Below, in pieces: positions 6,384-15,481 of a DNA stretch of 24,000 bases. Source of the stretch: Streptomyces sp. NBC_00576 (GTDB taxonomy: Bacteria > Actinomycetota > Actinomycetes > Streptomycetales > Streptomycetaceae); contig NZ_CP107780.1 in NCBI RefSeq assembly GCF_036345175.1, positions 4,958,871 through 4,982,870 of the forward strand, read 5' to 3'. The notes beneath the pieces were generated by a model, which did not search any database, had not been told where the DNA came from, and was given only the letters and a program-made list of their open reading frames with translations. How positions within the stretch are numbered: the first letter of the stretch is position 1; each line of letters begins with the position of its first letter. A program made the position numbers and the translations under genes.

Positions 6384-6389
6384 ACTGTA
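6384..6389 (-). promoter_or_regulatory. Candidate -10 (TACAGT) for the tRNA-Thr promoter
   Basis: A TACAGT on the minus strand lies about 36 nt upstream of the mature tRNA 5' end. The -35 (TGGCCT) is weak. Confidence 0.3.
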
Positions 6390-6439
6390 CACAGAGCGCG
6401 ATCCCCCAGGCCACGGAGTTCGTGTTTGACCTGGGCGTC

Positions 6440-8150
6440 GAAAACCAAACGTAACCATCCGCGCACCCGTTCGTTGATCGCTCTGACGTGCGTTCCGAAG
6501 ATCGGATCGTCGGGGAGGGATTCATGGGGAAGCCGGGGGAGTCGGTGGAGAAGCCGAGGCTGGAAGCGGTGACAGGCGAGGAGGCCGAGCGCATCAAGCG
6601 CGAGGCCCTCGGTATCGGCGACCGCCGCAAGCACCACCAGCGCACGGCGACTCCGTTGAAGGCGCACGTCAAGGAGCCGGATACGCAGCACCGCCTGTAC
6701 CGCTTCCGCTTCTACCCGACCGCCGAGCAGGCGGAGCAGTTGGCGAAGACGTTCGGTGCCTGTCGGTGGGTCTACAACGAGGGGCTGGCGCTGCGGTCCG
6801 GGGCGTGGGAGCGGCATCGGGTGAATGTGGGGTTCGCGGAGTCGTGTCGGGCGTTGACGGGCTGGAAGCGGGCGGAGAAGACGGCATGGCTTGGGGAGGT
6901 GTCGTCGACGGTGCTGCAGCAGTCGTTGCGGCATCTCGATCAGGCGTTTGGGCGGTTCTTCAAGGGGTCGGGGAAGTATCCGCAGCGGAAGAAGAAGGGG
7001 CGTTCGCGGGATTCGGCGACGTATGTGCGGACCGGTTTCCGGTGGGTGGAGGATTTGGAGCGGCCGGGTACGGGGCTCATCACGCTGGCGAAGCAGTCGG
7101 TGCCGTTGGATGTCCGGTGGTCGCGGGCGCTGCCTGTGGGAACCGTTCCGGTGCGTTTGTCGGTGACGCGGGACCGGGCTGGGCGCTACTTCGTGTCGAC
7201 GCTCGTGGAGGAGCGGATCGCGCCTCTGCCTACCGCCTTTGTGCCGGGTTCGCTGGCGCCGATGGCGGTGGGGCTGGATCTGGGGTTGGCGTCGCTGGTC
7301 ACTCTGGACGACGGGACGAAGGTCGATCATCCGCGTCTGTTGAGGCGGTACGCGGAGAGGTTGGCGCGGTTGCAGCGGGAGCTGCACAAGAAGGTGAGGG
7401 GTTCGGCCAACCGGGACAAGGTGAGGCGGAAGATCGCGCGTCTTTACGCGCTCATCGGTGACGTTCGCAGGGACATGTTGGACCAGTTCACGACCCGCCT
7501 GGTGCGCGAGAACCAAGTGCTCGTGGTGGAGGATCTGGCCATTGCGAATCTGATGCGTCCGGCGCGTGGCAAGGGTCGTCGTCGGAAGGCGAAGTTGAAC
7601 GAGGCGATCATCGATGCCGCCTGGGGCGAGTTGTTGCGGCAGCTGCGGTACAAGTGCGAGTGGTACGGGCGGACGCTGGTGATCGTCGACCGGTTCTTCC
7701 CCTCCACGCGGCGCTGCTCCGCGTGTCATACCAAGGGTCCGAAGTTGGATGTCTGGGTCCGGGAGTGGACGTGTGCCGAGTGTGGGGTCGTCCATGACCG
7801 GGATGTGAATGCGGCTGTGAACCTTCGTGACGAGGGCCTGCGGTTGTATTGGCTGGTGGCGGCCGGGCTGCCGCCCACGAAGGGAGTACCGGCGCTGATC
7901 AGGGCGTCGGAGCTGGAGGATTGTCTGCTGGCCGCTTAGCGGCGGCTGGGTGGTACGGACCGACGGGCCGTCGGCCGGAATGCCTGTGGAGCGCGTGTAA
8001 GACCGTTCGGGCGCAGTTCATGAAGGCTGTGTGCGTCGGCGGTGCGTGATGAAGCAGGAAGCCTCACGGCAAGGTCAAAAGTGCGGTGCTCTGCCTACTC
8101 GTAAGTTTCCGTCTCGAAAATTCTCGCGAAGTTCACATCCCCCCAGGTAC
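6440..8150 (+). mobile_element. IS200/IS605-superfamily tnpB-only element (IS1341-like); boundaries approximate
   Basis: Contains only tnpB and no tnpA. Imperfect palindromes lie near both ends: CCGAAGATCGGATCGTCGG at 6495-6513 and CCGACGGgCCGTCGG at 7960-7974. Codon bias differs from both flanks. The right limit is inferred from where coding-like host sequence resumes, at about 8156. Confidence 0.35.
6524..7939 (+). CDS. tnpB: TnpB (OrfB) RNA-guided endonuclease/transposon-associated protein
   Basis: N-terminal YRFRFYPTAEQ...CRWVYN, RuvC-I GLDLG, RuvC-II VVEDL, zinc ribbon CSAC...CAEC, RuvC-III HDRDVNAAVNL. Start placed at ATG 6524, with GGAGG 5 nt upstream; the track start is GTG 6488. Confidence 0.9.
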   Translation: MGKPGESVEKPRLEAVTGEEAERIKREALGIGDRRKHHQRTATPLKAHVKEPDTQHRLYRFRFYPTAEQAEQLAKTFGACRWVYNEGLALRSGAWERHRVNVGFAESCRALTGWKRAEKTAWLGEVSSTVLQQSLRHLDQAFGRFFKGSGKYPQRKKKGRSRDSATYVRTGFRWVEDLERPGTGLITLAKQSVPLDVRWSRALPVGTVPVRLSVTRDRAGRYFVSTLVEERIAPLPTAFVPGSLAPMAVGLDLGLASLVTLDDGTKVDHPRLLRRYAERLARLQRELHKKVRGSANRDKVRRKIARLYALIGDVRRDMLDQFTTRLVRENQVLVVEDLAIANLMRPARGKGRRRKAKLNEAIIDAAWGELLRQLRYKCEWYGRTLVIVDRFFPSTRRCSACHTKGPKLDVWVREWTCAECGVVHDRDVNAAVNLRDEGLRLYWLVAAGLPPTKGVPALIRASELEDCLLAA

Positions 8151-8155
8151 TGACA

Positions 8156-8260
8156 GACGCCGAAACCCCGGGTACCGTCCTGAACCAGTCCGCGTACGTG
8201 GACTACACCACCTTCCACTACGGATCGTCCGGCACGTTCCTGCCGGTGAAGGGGGCCTAG
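8156..8260 (+). pseudogene. Orphan 3' fragment of a protein-coding gene (...DAETPGTVLNQSAYVDYTTFHYGSSGTFLPVKGA*)
   Basis: 34 codons ending at TAG 8258-8260, of which 31 have G/C at position 3 and about 50% have G/C at position 2, a typical coding signature. The frame is open only from 8105 and has no ATG, GTG or TTG start. The frame differs from msiK. Confidence 0.4.
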
Positions 8261-8265
8261 TACCC

Positions 8266-9402
<1,137 letters not shown>

Positions 9403-9418
9403 GACGCGACCTGAACAC

Positions 9419-9452
9419 CGAAGGGCCCTGCGGCTTGCTGCGGGGCCCTTCG
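9419..9452 (+). terminator. Hairpin terminator after msiK
   Basis: CGAAGGGCCC (9419-9428) pairs with GGGCCCTTCG (9443-9452), 17 nt after the stop codon. Confidence 0.65.
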
Positions 9453-9603
9453 CATGCGCGCGCTCCCCGATGTCCGATACCCCGGCAGACCAGTCATTTC
9501 GAATCGCGTACGTCAACGCCCTACCCATAAAAAGGCACCAGTTCATCCCCCGATTGGGTGACTAAATGTCGCCAAATCAGCACCGAGCGCTACCCTCACT
9601 CGC

Positions 9604-10053
9604 GTGAAGCACTCCACTAACCAACTGACGCGAAGTGGCCGTGGCCCCGCCCGCCGGATCGGCCGTAGCCTCGCCCTTGTCCTGCCCGTCGTCCTGGTGC
9701 TGTCCGGGACCCTCGCGGTCACCCGAGTCAACTGGTCGGGGAATCCCTCGGACTCGGTGCTCACGGCAGCCTCCGAGGACTTGGCCGCCCGGGCCGCCGC
9801 TGCCCCCGCACCGCAGGACGTCCTGCGGGACCAGCTTCTCCTGGAGCTCCAGGAGAAGGACCCCGGCATCGCCCTCACCCACCTCCAGCAGGCGGTGAAC
9901 GGCCACCCGACGCTGGCGAGGCACTGCACCTCCATCGCCCGCGCCCTGGGCCGTGCCGCGGTCCGCATGTACGGCCCGTCGCGCGCCCAGTCGTTCGCCC
10001 GCCCGGTCTGCGACACGTCCTTCGCCACGGGAGTGGCGGCGGTCCACGGCTAG
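9604..10053 (+). CDS. Small secreted or membrane-anchored protein of unknown function
   Basis: 149 aa with a GTG start, high GC3, and an N-terminal basic region followed by a hydrophobic segment (RRIGRSLALVLPVVLVLSGTLAV). TACCCT lies 7 nt upstream of the GTG, a possible leaderless arrangement. Confidence 0.6.
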   Translation: MKHSTNQLTRSGRGPARRIGRSLALVLPVVLVLSGTLAVTRVNWSGNPSDSVLTAASEDLAARAAAAPAPQDVLRDQLLLELQEKDPGIALTHLQQAVNGHPTLARHCTSIARALGRAAVRMYGPSRAQSFARPVCDTSFATGVAAVHG

Positions 10054-10062
10054 GCGTCAGAC

Positions 10063-10102
10063 GCCTCTGGAGGCGCCCCCGCAGGGGGCCGCCTCCAGGG
10101 GC
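10063..10102 (+). terminator. Long GC hairpin after the 9604-10053 gene
   Basis: GCCTCTGGAGGCGCCCCC-GCA-GGGGGcCGCCTCCAGGGGC: about 18 bp with one bulge and one G-U pair, starting 10 nt after the stop. Confidence 0.55.
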
Positions 10103-10104
10103 GC

Positions 10105-10146
10105 GGGGATCTGCGCGCCCAGCCCCCACCGGACCCGCAGATCCCC
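10105..10146. repeat. Second inverted repeat immediately after the terminator hairpin
   Basis: GGGGATCTGCG (10105-10115) and CGCAGATCCCC (10136-10146) are perfect 11-bp arms around a 20-nt C-rich loop. Confidence 0.5.
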
Positions 10147-10208
10147 ACCCCCAGTTCCACCCCGTCCGCACCCCCAGACCTCGCCCGCCAAACCCGCGGA
10201 GCGCCCCG

Positions 10209-10214
10209 TACAGT
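10209..10214 (+). promoter_or_regulatory. -10 box TACAGT for a leaderless transcript starting at ATG 10221
   Basis: TACAGT-tcgaac-ATG with a 6-nt gap and no Shine-Dalgarno. Confidence 0.45.
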
Positions 10215-10220
10215 TCGAAC

Positions 10221-10952
10221 ATGACCGATCCGAACGCCACGTCGCGCCCCACTCAGGCCGTGGTCCTCGCCGGCGGCCAGGGCTCCCGGCTCCGCCCGTA
10301 CACCGACGACCGGCCCAAGCCGATGGTCGAGATCCCCGGCACGGGGACGCCGATCATCGGCCATCAGCTTGTCTGGCTCGCCGAGGAGGGTGTGACGGAT
10401 GTCGTGGTCAGCTGTGGCCATCTCGCCGAAGTCCTCCAGAAGTGGCTGGAGACGGCCGATCTGCCGCTGAACGTCACGACGGTCGTCGAGACCGAGCCCC
10501 TGGGCCGTGGTGGCGGCCTCAAGTACGCGGCCGCACACCTTCCCGCCCCGGATCAGCCCTGGTACGCCACCAACGGTGACATCTGGACCCGTTTCTCGCT
10601 GCGTGACATGGCCGACTTCCATGCCGAGCGGGACGCTGTGGCGACCCTCGCGCTGGCCCGTCCGCGGCTGCCGTGGGGCGCTGTCCAGACGGACGGCTTC
10701 GGTCACATCACGGACTTCATCGAGTCCCCTCCGTCGACCTTCGAGATCAACGCGGGCGTGTACGTCTTCTCCTCCGAGTTCGCCGCCCTGCTCCCGGAGC
10801 GCGGCGACCACGAACGCACCACGTTCCCCCACCTGGCCCGGGAACTCCGCCTGGCCGGCTTCCCGATCCCGCACGGTGCCTACTGGCGTGCCATCGACAC
10901 CGCGAAGGACCTGACGGAGGCCGCGAAGGAGCTGGCGGCGCTGGGCCGTTGA
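10221..10952 (+). CDS. Sugar-phosphate nucleotidyltransferase (NDP-sugar pyrophosphorylase family)
   Basis: N-terminal AVVLAGGQGSRLRPYTDDRPKPMV (the GxGxRLxPxT motif) and a 243-aa single NTP-transferase domain. Confidence 0.85.
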   Translation: MTDPNATSRPTQAVVLAGGQGSRLRPYTDDRPKPMVEIPGTGTPIIGHQLVWLAEEGVTDVVVSCGHLAEVLQKWLETADLPLNVTTVVETEPLGRGGGLKYAAAHLPAPDQPWYATNGDIWTRFSLRDMADFHAERDAVATLALARPRLPWGAVQTDGFGHITDFIESPPSTFEINAGVYVFSSEFAALLPERGDHERTTFPHLARELRLAGFPIPHGAYWRAIDTAKDLTEAAKELAALGR

Positions 10953-11035
10953 GGCGTTAGCCGTCGGCCGGCCCTTCGCCTCTTCGCCTCCTCGCCAAAG
11001 GCCTTTGTACGTATGGCTGTTACGGCGGTTACGTC

Positions 11036-11072
11036 GATGGGGTCCCGCACTTTCACAGTGCGGGACCCCATC
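11036..11072. terminator. Bidirectional terminator between convergent genes
   Basis: Perfect 16-bp stem GATGGGGTCCCGCACT/AGTGCGGGACCCCATC with loop TTCAC. Flanking bases extend the pairing imperfectly. Confidence 0.7.
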
Positions 11073-11088
11073 CTCGTAGTTACCGCTG

Positions 11089-12810
11089 CTAGCCCAGGAG
11101 GCCGCCCACCAGTCCCGGCTGGCCCGTGGAGGAGCCGCCGGTGCTGCCGTCGCCAGTGCCTCCGGTGCTGCCGCCCGTGGAGCCGCCGTTGGTGCCGCCG
11201 GGGGTGCCCGTGCTGCCCGACGAGGACGGTCCGGCGCTGGTGCTGGGCGCCTGCTGGGCCGGGGTGGTCTGCTGCGGCGGGGCCTGGCCGGCGCTGCCCT
11301 GGGTCTGGCTGGGCCGGCTTCCGGTGACGCTGCCGCTCTCGCGGGCCTCCTCGGGGGTGGTGGCGGCGTCGCCGGTCGTGGGTGCGGCCGAAGTGGCGCT
11401 CTGGGTCGGTGACTTGGTGGCCGCCGAGGGGCTCTTCGAGGCGCGGCGTTCGCCGGACTCCTCCGGGAGCGGGGAGCCGGGGAGTTCGTTGCGCGGGGCC
11501 TCGCCGGGGCCGGGGACGACGACGCGGTCGGCGTCTCGGACGGCGCCGCCGAGGAGCGAGCCGATGAGGAGGGTGAGCCCGATGACGACGGCCGTGACGA
11601 GGGCACCGCGGCGCAGGACGTAGGCCCGCAGTTCCCAGATGTCCGTACGGGGTCCGAGTCGGCGCCAGGCGCTGCCGGCGAGTCGGCCGTCGATGGAGTA
11701 GACGGGTGCGCCGGCGATGATCAGCGGCGACCAGGCGGCCAGGTAGATGATGTCGGGGGCGTCGTAGACGGGGACGCTCTTCCAGCTGACGGTGACGAGC
11801 AGTGCGCCGGAGAGCAGCGCGCCGCCGACCGCGGCGACGCGCTGCCACAGGCCCAGGACCGTGAGGACTCCCACGATGACCTGGAGGAAGGCGATGACGA
11901 GTCCGGAGCCGACGGGGTGCTGGAGAGCGAACTGCCGTAGTGGCTCGGCGACTTCCCAGGGGTGCAGGGTGTTGAGCCACTTCATCATGGAGCCGCGTTT
12001 GCCGCCGTCGAAGTAGACGGGGTCACAGAGCTTGCCCATGCCGGCGTAGATGGAGATGAAGCCGAGGAAGATGCGGAGCGGGAGCAGGACGACGCCGAGG
12101 TTCATCCGGCGGCCGGGGTAATAGGCGTGCCGTACGGGGTCGTTGGCGTGGCGCTTCCGTCTCCCGTCGGTGTCCCGCTCGTGGCCTTCGTGGCCCTCGT
12201 AGTCGAACTCGTCGTCCCCGTAGCCGGGTTGGCCGTATCCGGAGTCGCCGTATCCGGTCTCCTCGTATGCGCTGCCGGCGGTGCGCATGTTGGGGAGCAG
12301 GCGGCCGGTGTCGGGGTCGGAGCCGTGGGTGCGTTGGCTGCCGACGATCGGCGTCTCGACGGTCTGGTCGAGGGTGCTGCCTGCGTAGTCGAGTTCGTCG
12401 TCGATGCGGGGGATGACCTGCGTCGCTCCGGCGTCGGCGACCGGCGGCTGCTCGCCGTGGCGCACGCTGGAGCCCCGTACGGCCTGGAGCAGCCGGTGGG
12501 CGCCGGTGTCGTCGGGCGCCGACTTCCCGCTCCAGACGACGGGTGCCCGGCGTCGGACGGCCGTGACGCCGCCGGCGCCTGCGACGGGGATGCGCGCCGT
12601 GTCCTCGGAGGCGCCGAGGTGCCGGGCGACGCGGGACGACGGTGCCGCCCGCCGCGTCGAGGCCCCCAACTGCACGCGGAAGCTCGCATGGTTGACGATG
12701 ACCTGCGCCGGATCGCTCGGCACCTTCACCATGCTCAGCGCGGGAGCGTCGTCGTATCCCGACGAGCGGTCCCCCGTGGGTGTGCGGGGTGTTCTGGTGT
12801 CCACACTCAT
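11089..12810 (-). CDS. DoxX-family membrane protein with a long low-complexity N-terminal region and an S/T/G/P-rich C-terminal tail
   Basis: The central part, ...LLPLRIFLGFISIYAGMGKL...GLVIAFLQVIVGVLTVLGL...ALLSGALLVTVSW..., resembles DoxX. The tail is ...GGSTGGSTGGTGDGSTGGSSTG. The start is uncertain; M27 is an alternative. Confidence 0.7.
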   Translation of the reverse strand: MSVDTRTPRTPTGDRSSGYDDAPALSMVKVPSDPAQVIVNHASFRVQLGASTRRAAPSSRVARHLGASEDTARIPVAGAGGVTAVRRRAPVVWSGKSAPDDTGAHRLLQAVRGSSVRHGEQPPVADAGATQVIPRIDDELDYAGSTLDQTVETPIVGSQRTHGSDPDTGRLLPNMRTAGSAYEETGYGDSGYGQPGYGDDEFDYEGHEGHERDTDGRRKRHANDPVRHAYYPGRRMNLGVVLLPLRIFLGFISIYAGMGKLCDPVYFDGGKRGSMMKWLNTLHPWEVAEPLRQFALQHPVGSGLVIAFLQVIVGVLTVLGLWQRVAAVGGALLSGALLVTVSWKSVPVYDAPDIIYLAAWSPLIIAGAPVYSIDGRLAGSAWRRLGPRTDIWELRAYVLRRGALVTAVVIGLTLLIGSLLGGAVRDADRVVVPGPGEAPRNELPGSPLPEESGERRASKSPSAATKSPTQSATSAAPTTGDAATTPEEARESGSVTGSRPSQTQGSAGQAPPQQTTPAQQAPSTSAGPSSSGSTGTPGGTNGGSTGGSTGGTGDGSTGGSSTGQPGLVGGLLG

Positions 12811-12878
12811 CTAACCGAGTGACGTGAGGTTAGGACACTGCTTTGACCTGGCGGATGTGTCCGGACCCCGTCAAGGTC

Positions 12879-12914
12879 ACGTCACCCGCCCGGATTCCCC
12901 CGTACGGGTGACGT
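12879..12914 (-). terminator. Hairpin 14 nt downstream of the rlmB stop
   Basis: ACGTCACCCG (12879-12888) and CGGGTGACGT (12905-12914) form perfect 10-bp arms. Confidence 0.5.
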
Positions 12915-12927
12915 CATGCACGCGTGT

Positions 12928-13869
12928 TCAGGCGCGTCGGCGGGCCGCTTCGTACAGCACGATCCCGGCGGCGACACCGGCGTTGAGGGACTCGGTGCCA
13001 CCGGGCATCGGGATCCGTACGAGGTGGTCGCAGGTCTCCCCGACGAGCCGGGACAGCCCCTTGCCCTCGCTGCCGACGACGATGACGACGGGCCCGCCGA
13101 GGGCGGCCAGATCGCTGAGGTCCGCGTCCCCGTCGGCCGCGAGACCGACCACCAGGATCCCGGCCTTCTGGTACGCCTCCAGGGCGCGCGTCAGGTTGGT
13201 GGCACGGGCGACGGGCGTACGGGCGGCGGCGCCGGCGGAGGTCTTCCAGGCGCCGGCGGTCATGCCGGCGGCGCGCCGCTCGGGCACGACGACGCCGTGC
13301 CCGCCGAAGGCGGAGACGGAGCGGACGACGGCGCCGAGGTTGCGGGGGTCGGTGACACCGTCGAGGGCGACGATGAGGGGGTCCACGCCGTTGTCGTAGG
13401 CGGCGTTGGCGAGGTCCTCGGGGTGGGCGTACACGTACGGCGGGACCTGGAGGACGAGGCCCTGGTGGTTGAGTCCGTTGGTCATCCGGTCGAGCTCGGG
13501 ACGGGGGGCCTCCATGAGGTGGATCCCGCCGCGCTCGGCCACCAGCTGGAGTGCCTCGCGCACGCGCTCGTCGTTGTCGATGAACTGCTGGACGTAGAGC
13601 GTGGTGGCCGGGACGCCCTCGCGGAGTGCCTCGACGACCGAGTTGCGTCCGACGACGAGTTCGGAGGAGGCCTTACCGCCGCGCCCCTTGGGTGCGGGCC
13701 GGCGCTGGATCTGCTTGGCCTTGGCACCGGCAATACGGTTCTTCTTGTGACCCTTGCGCGCCTCGGCGGGCGGCGTCGGGCCCTTGCCCTCGAGCCCTCG
13801 GCGCCGCTGGCCGCCACTGCCGACCTGCGCGCCCTTCTTGCCGGACATGCGGCGGTTGTTAGCGGCCAT
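12928..13869 (-). CDS. rlmB: 23S rRNA 2'-O-ribose methyltransferase, SpoU/TrmH family (RlmB-like)
   Basis: Basic N-terminal extension, a SpoU substrate-binding region (GRNSVVEAL) and SPOUT motifs [26 protein letters not shown] and [22 protein letters not shown]. Confidence 0.85.
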   Translation of the reverse strand: MAANNRRMSGKKGAQVGSGGQRRRGLEGKGPTPPAEARKGHKKNRIAGAKAKQIQRRPAPKGRGGKASSELVVGRNSVVEALREGVPATTLYVQQFIDNDERVREALQLVAERGGIHLMEAPRPELDRMTNGLNHQGLVLQVPPYVYAHPEDLANAAYDNGVDPLIVALDGVTDPRNLGAVVRSVSAFGGHGVVVPERRAAGMTAGAWKTSAGAAARTPVARATNLTRALEAYQKAGILVVGLAADGDADLSDLAALGGPVVIVVGSEGKGLSRLVGETCDHLVRIPMPGGTESLNAGVAAGIVLYEAARRRA

Positions 13870-13916
13870 GACCTACCTGTCTGTGTGAAGGCGTGCGTGT
13901 GTACGTCTATGAGTGT

Positions 13917-13938
13917 GCCGCCCGGAGACCCGGGCGGC
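13917..13938 (-). terminator. Hairpin in the cysS-rlmB spacer
   Basis: GCCGCCCGG-AGAC-CCGGGCGGC, a perfect 9-bp stem about 40 nt downstream of the cysS stop. It has no U-tract and may only attenuate transcription. Confidence 0.4.
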
Positions 13939-13978
13939 CCAATCGATCAAGGAAATGCAGGTATTTGCGGGGAAATGG

Positions 13979-15382
13979 TCAGCGCGGGCCGAGGGTCCAG
14001 CGCGGTCCCTGCGGGCCGTCCTCGATGACGAGGCCCGACTGGTTGAGCTGGTCGCGGATGGCGTCCGCGGTGCCCCAGTCCTTGCGCCCGCGGGCGGCCT
14101 CACGCTGATCGAGGACGAGTCGTACGAGACTGTCGACGACCCCGTGCAGATCTTCACCCCGGTCGCCGACGTCCCCGGCCCAGTGCGGGTCGAGCGGGTC
14201 GAGGCCGAGGACGCCGAGCATGGCGCGTACCTCGGCGAGCCGGGCGACGGCGGCTTCCTTGTCGTCGGCGGCGAGGGCGGAGTTGCCCTGCCGGACGGTG
14301 GTGTGGACGATGGCGAGGGCCTGCGGCACGCCCAGGTCGTCGTCCATGGCCTCGGCGAAGGCGGGCGGCACCTCGGCGGCGGGCTCGACGACACCCCCGG
14401 CCTTCTCGACGACGCGCTGGACGAAGCCCTCGATCCGGGCGAACGCCGACTCGGCCTCGCGCAGGGCGTCTTCGCTGTACTCGATCATCGAGCGGTAGTG
14501 CGGGGTGCCGAGGTAGTAGCGCAGGACGATGGGGCGCCAGGCCTTGACCATCTCGCTGACGAGGACGGAGTTGCCGAGGGACTTCGACATCTTCTCGCCG
14601 CTCATGGTGACCCAGGCGTTGTGCAGCCAGTACGCGGCGAAGTCGTCGCCGAAGGCCTTGGCCTGGGCGATCTCGTTCTCGTGGTGGGGGAAGATCAGGT
14701 CGAGTCCGCCACCGTGGATGTCGAAGGCGGTACCCAGGTACTTGTGCGCCATGGCGGAGCATTCGAGGTGCCAGCCGGGCCGTCCGCGCCCCCAGGGCGT
14801 CTCCCAGCTCGGCTCGCCCGGCTTCACGGCCTTCCACATGGCGAAGTCACGGGAGTCGCGTTTGCCGGTCTCGCCGTCCCCGGAGGGCTGGAGCAGGTTG
14901 TCGAGCTCCTGGTTGGACAGCTGCAGGTATCCGGGGAAGGAGCGCACGTCGAAGTAGACGTTTCCGTCGGCCTCGTAGGCGTGTCCGCGTTCGATGAGCC
15001 CGCGCATCATCTCGACCATCTCGGTCACGTGCCCGGTGGCACGCGGCTCGTAGGTCGGGGGCAGGCAGCCGAGCGCGTTGTAACCGTCGTTGAAGGCCCG
15101 CTCGTTCTCGAAACCGATGGACCACCAGGGGCGCTCCTGTTCGGCGGCCTTCCTGATGATCTTGTCGTCGATGTCGGTGACGTTGCGGATGAACGTGACG
15201 TCGTACCCGCGGTACGTGAACCAGCGGCGCAGGATGTCGAAGTTGAGGCCGGACCGGATATGCCCGATGTGCGGGGCGGCCTGCACGGTGGCGCCACAGA
15301 GGTAGATCGAGACACAACCCGGCGTGAGCGGGGCGAAGTCACGGATCTGCCGGGCGCTGGTGTCGTACAGGCGAATGGTCAC
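13979..15382 (-). CDS. cysS: Cysteine--tRNA ligase
   Basis: VTIRLYDTSARQ..., the HIGH motif (APHIGH) and the KMSKS motif. I place the start at GTG 15382, giving 467 aa (a typical length), preceded by TACCCT-ggaccc. The track start is 15439. Confidence 0.95.
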   Translation of the reverse strand: MTIRLYDTSARQIRDFAPLTPGCVSIYLCGATVQAAPHIGHIRSGLNFDILRRWFTYRGYDVTFIRNVTDIDDKIIRKAAEQERPWWSIGFENERAFNDGYNALGCLPPTYEPRATGHVTEMVEMMRGLIERGHAYEADGNVYFDVRSFPGYLQLSNQELDNLLQPSGDGETGKRDSRDFAMWKAVKPGEPSWETPWGRGRPGWHLECSAMAHKYLGTAFDIHGGGLDLIFPHHENEIAQAKAFGDDFAAYWLHNAWVTMSGEKMSKSLGNSVLVSEMVKAWRPIVLRYYLGTPHYRSMIEYSEDALREAESAFARIEGFVQRVVEKAGGVVEPAAEVPPAFAEAMDDDLGVPQALAIVHTTVRQGNSALAADDKEAAVARLAEVRAMLGVLGLDPLDPHWAGDVGDRGEDLHGVVDSLVRLVLDQREAARGRKDWGTADAIRDQLNQSGLVIEDGPQGPRWTLGPR

Positions 15383-15388
15383 GGGTCC

Positions 15389-15394
15389 AGGGTA
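15389..15394 (-). promoter_or_regulatory. -10 box TACCCT for leaderless cysS
   Basis: The minus strand reads TACCCT-ggaccc-GTG(15382) with a 6-nt gap. Confidence 0.4.
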
Positions 15395-15481
15395 GTGGCC
15401 CACACCCGGTGCGCTGCGACCCTTGTCCACAAGGGCCACATATTCGTGACATTGCCGTCTACGACCCAGCCCTTCGGGGGC

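Noticed and set aside
6474-6478. TTGAT as the TAM and exact left end of the tnpB element
   Set aside because: A 5-mer match to the ISDra2 TAM is expected by chance. Without other copies of the element, the ends cannot be fixed.
8086-8265. N-terminal extensions in the ORF track for msiK (8086), phoU (21179), mtpA (22037), cysS (15439) and the secreted protein (4106)
   Set aside because: The internal starts have Shine-Dalgarno or leaderless signals and give canonical N-termini and lengths. The extensions lack coding bias or run through regulatory sequence.
12909-12916. TGACGTCA palindromes (here and at 22551-22558) as a shared regulator site
   Set aside because: There are only two short occurrences in different contexts, one of them inside a terminator stem. 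The evidence is insufficient.
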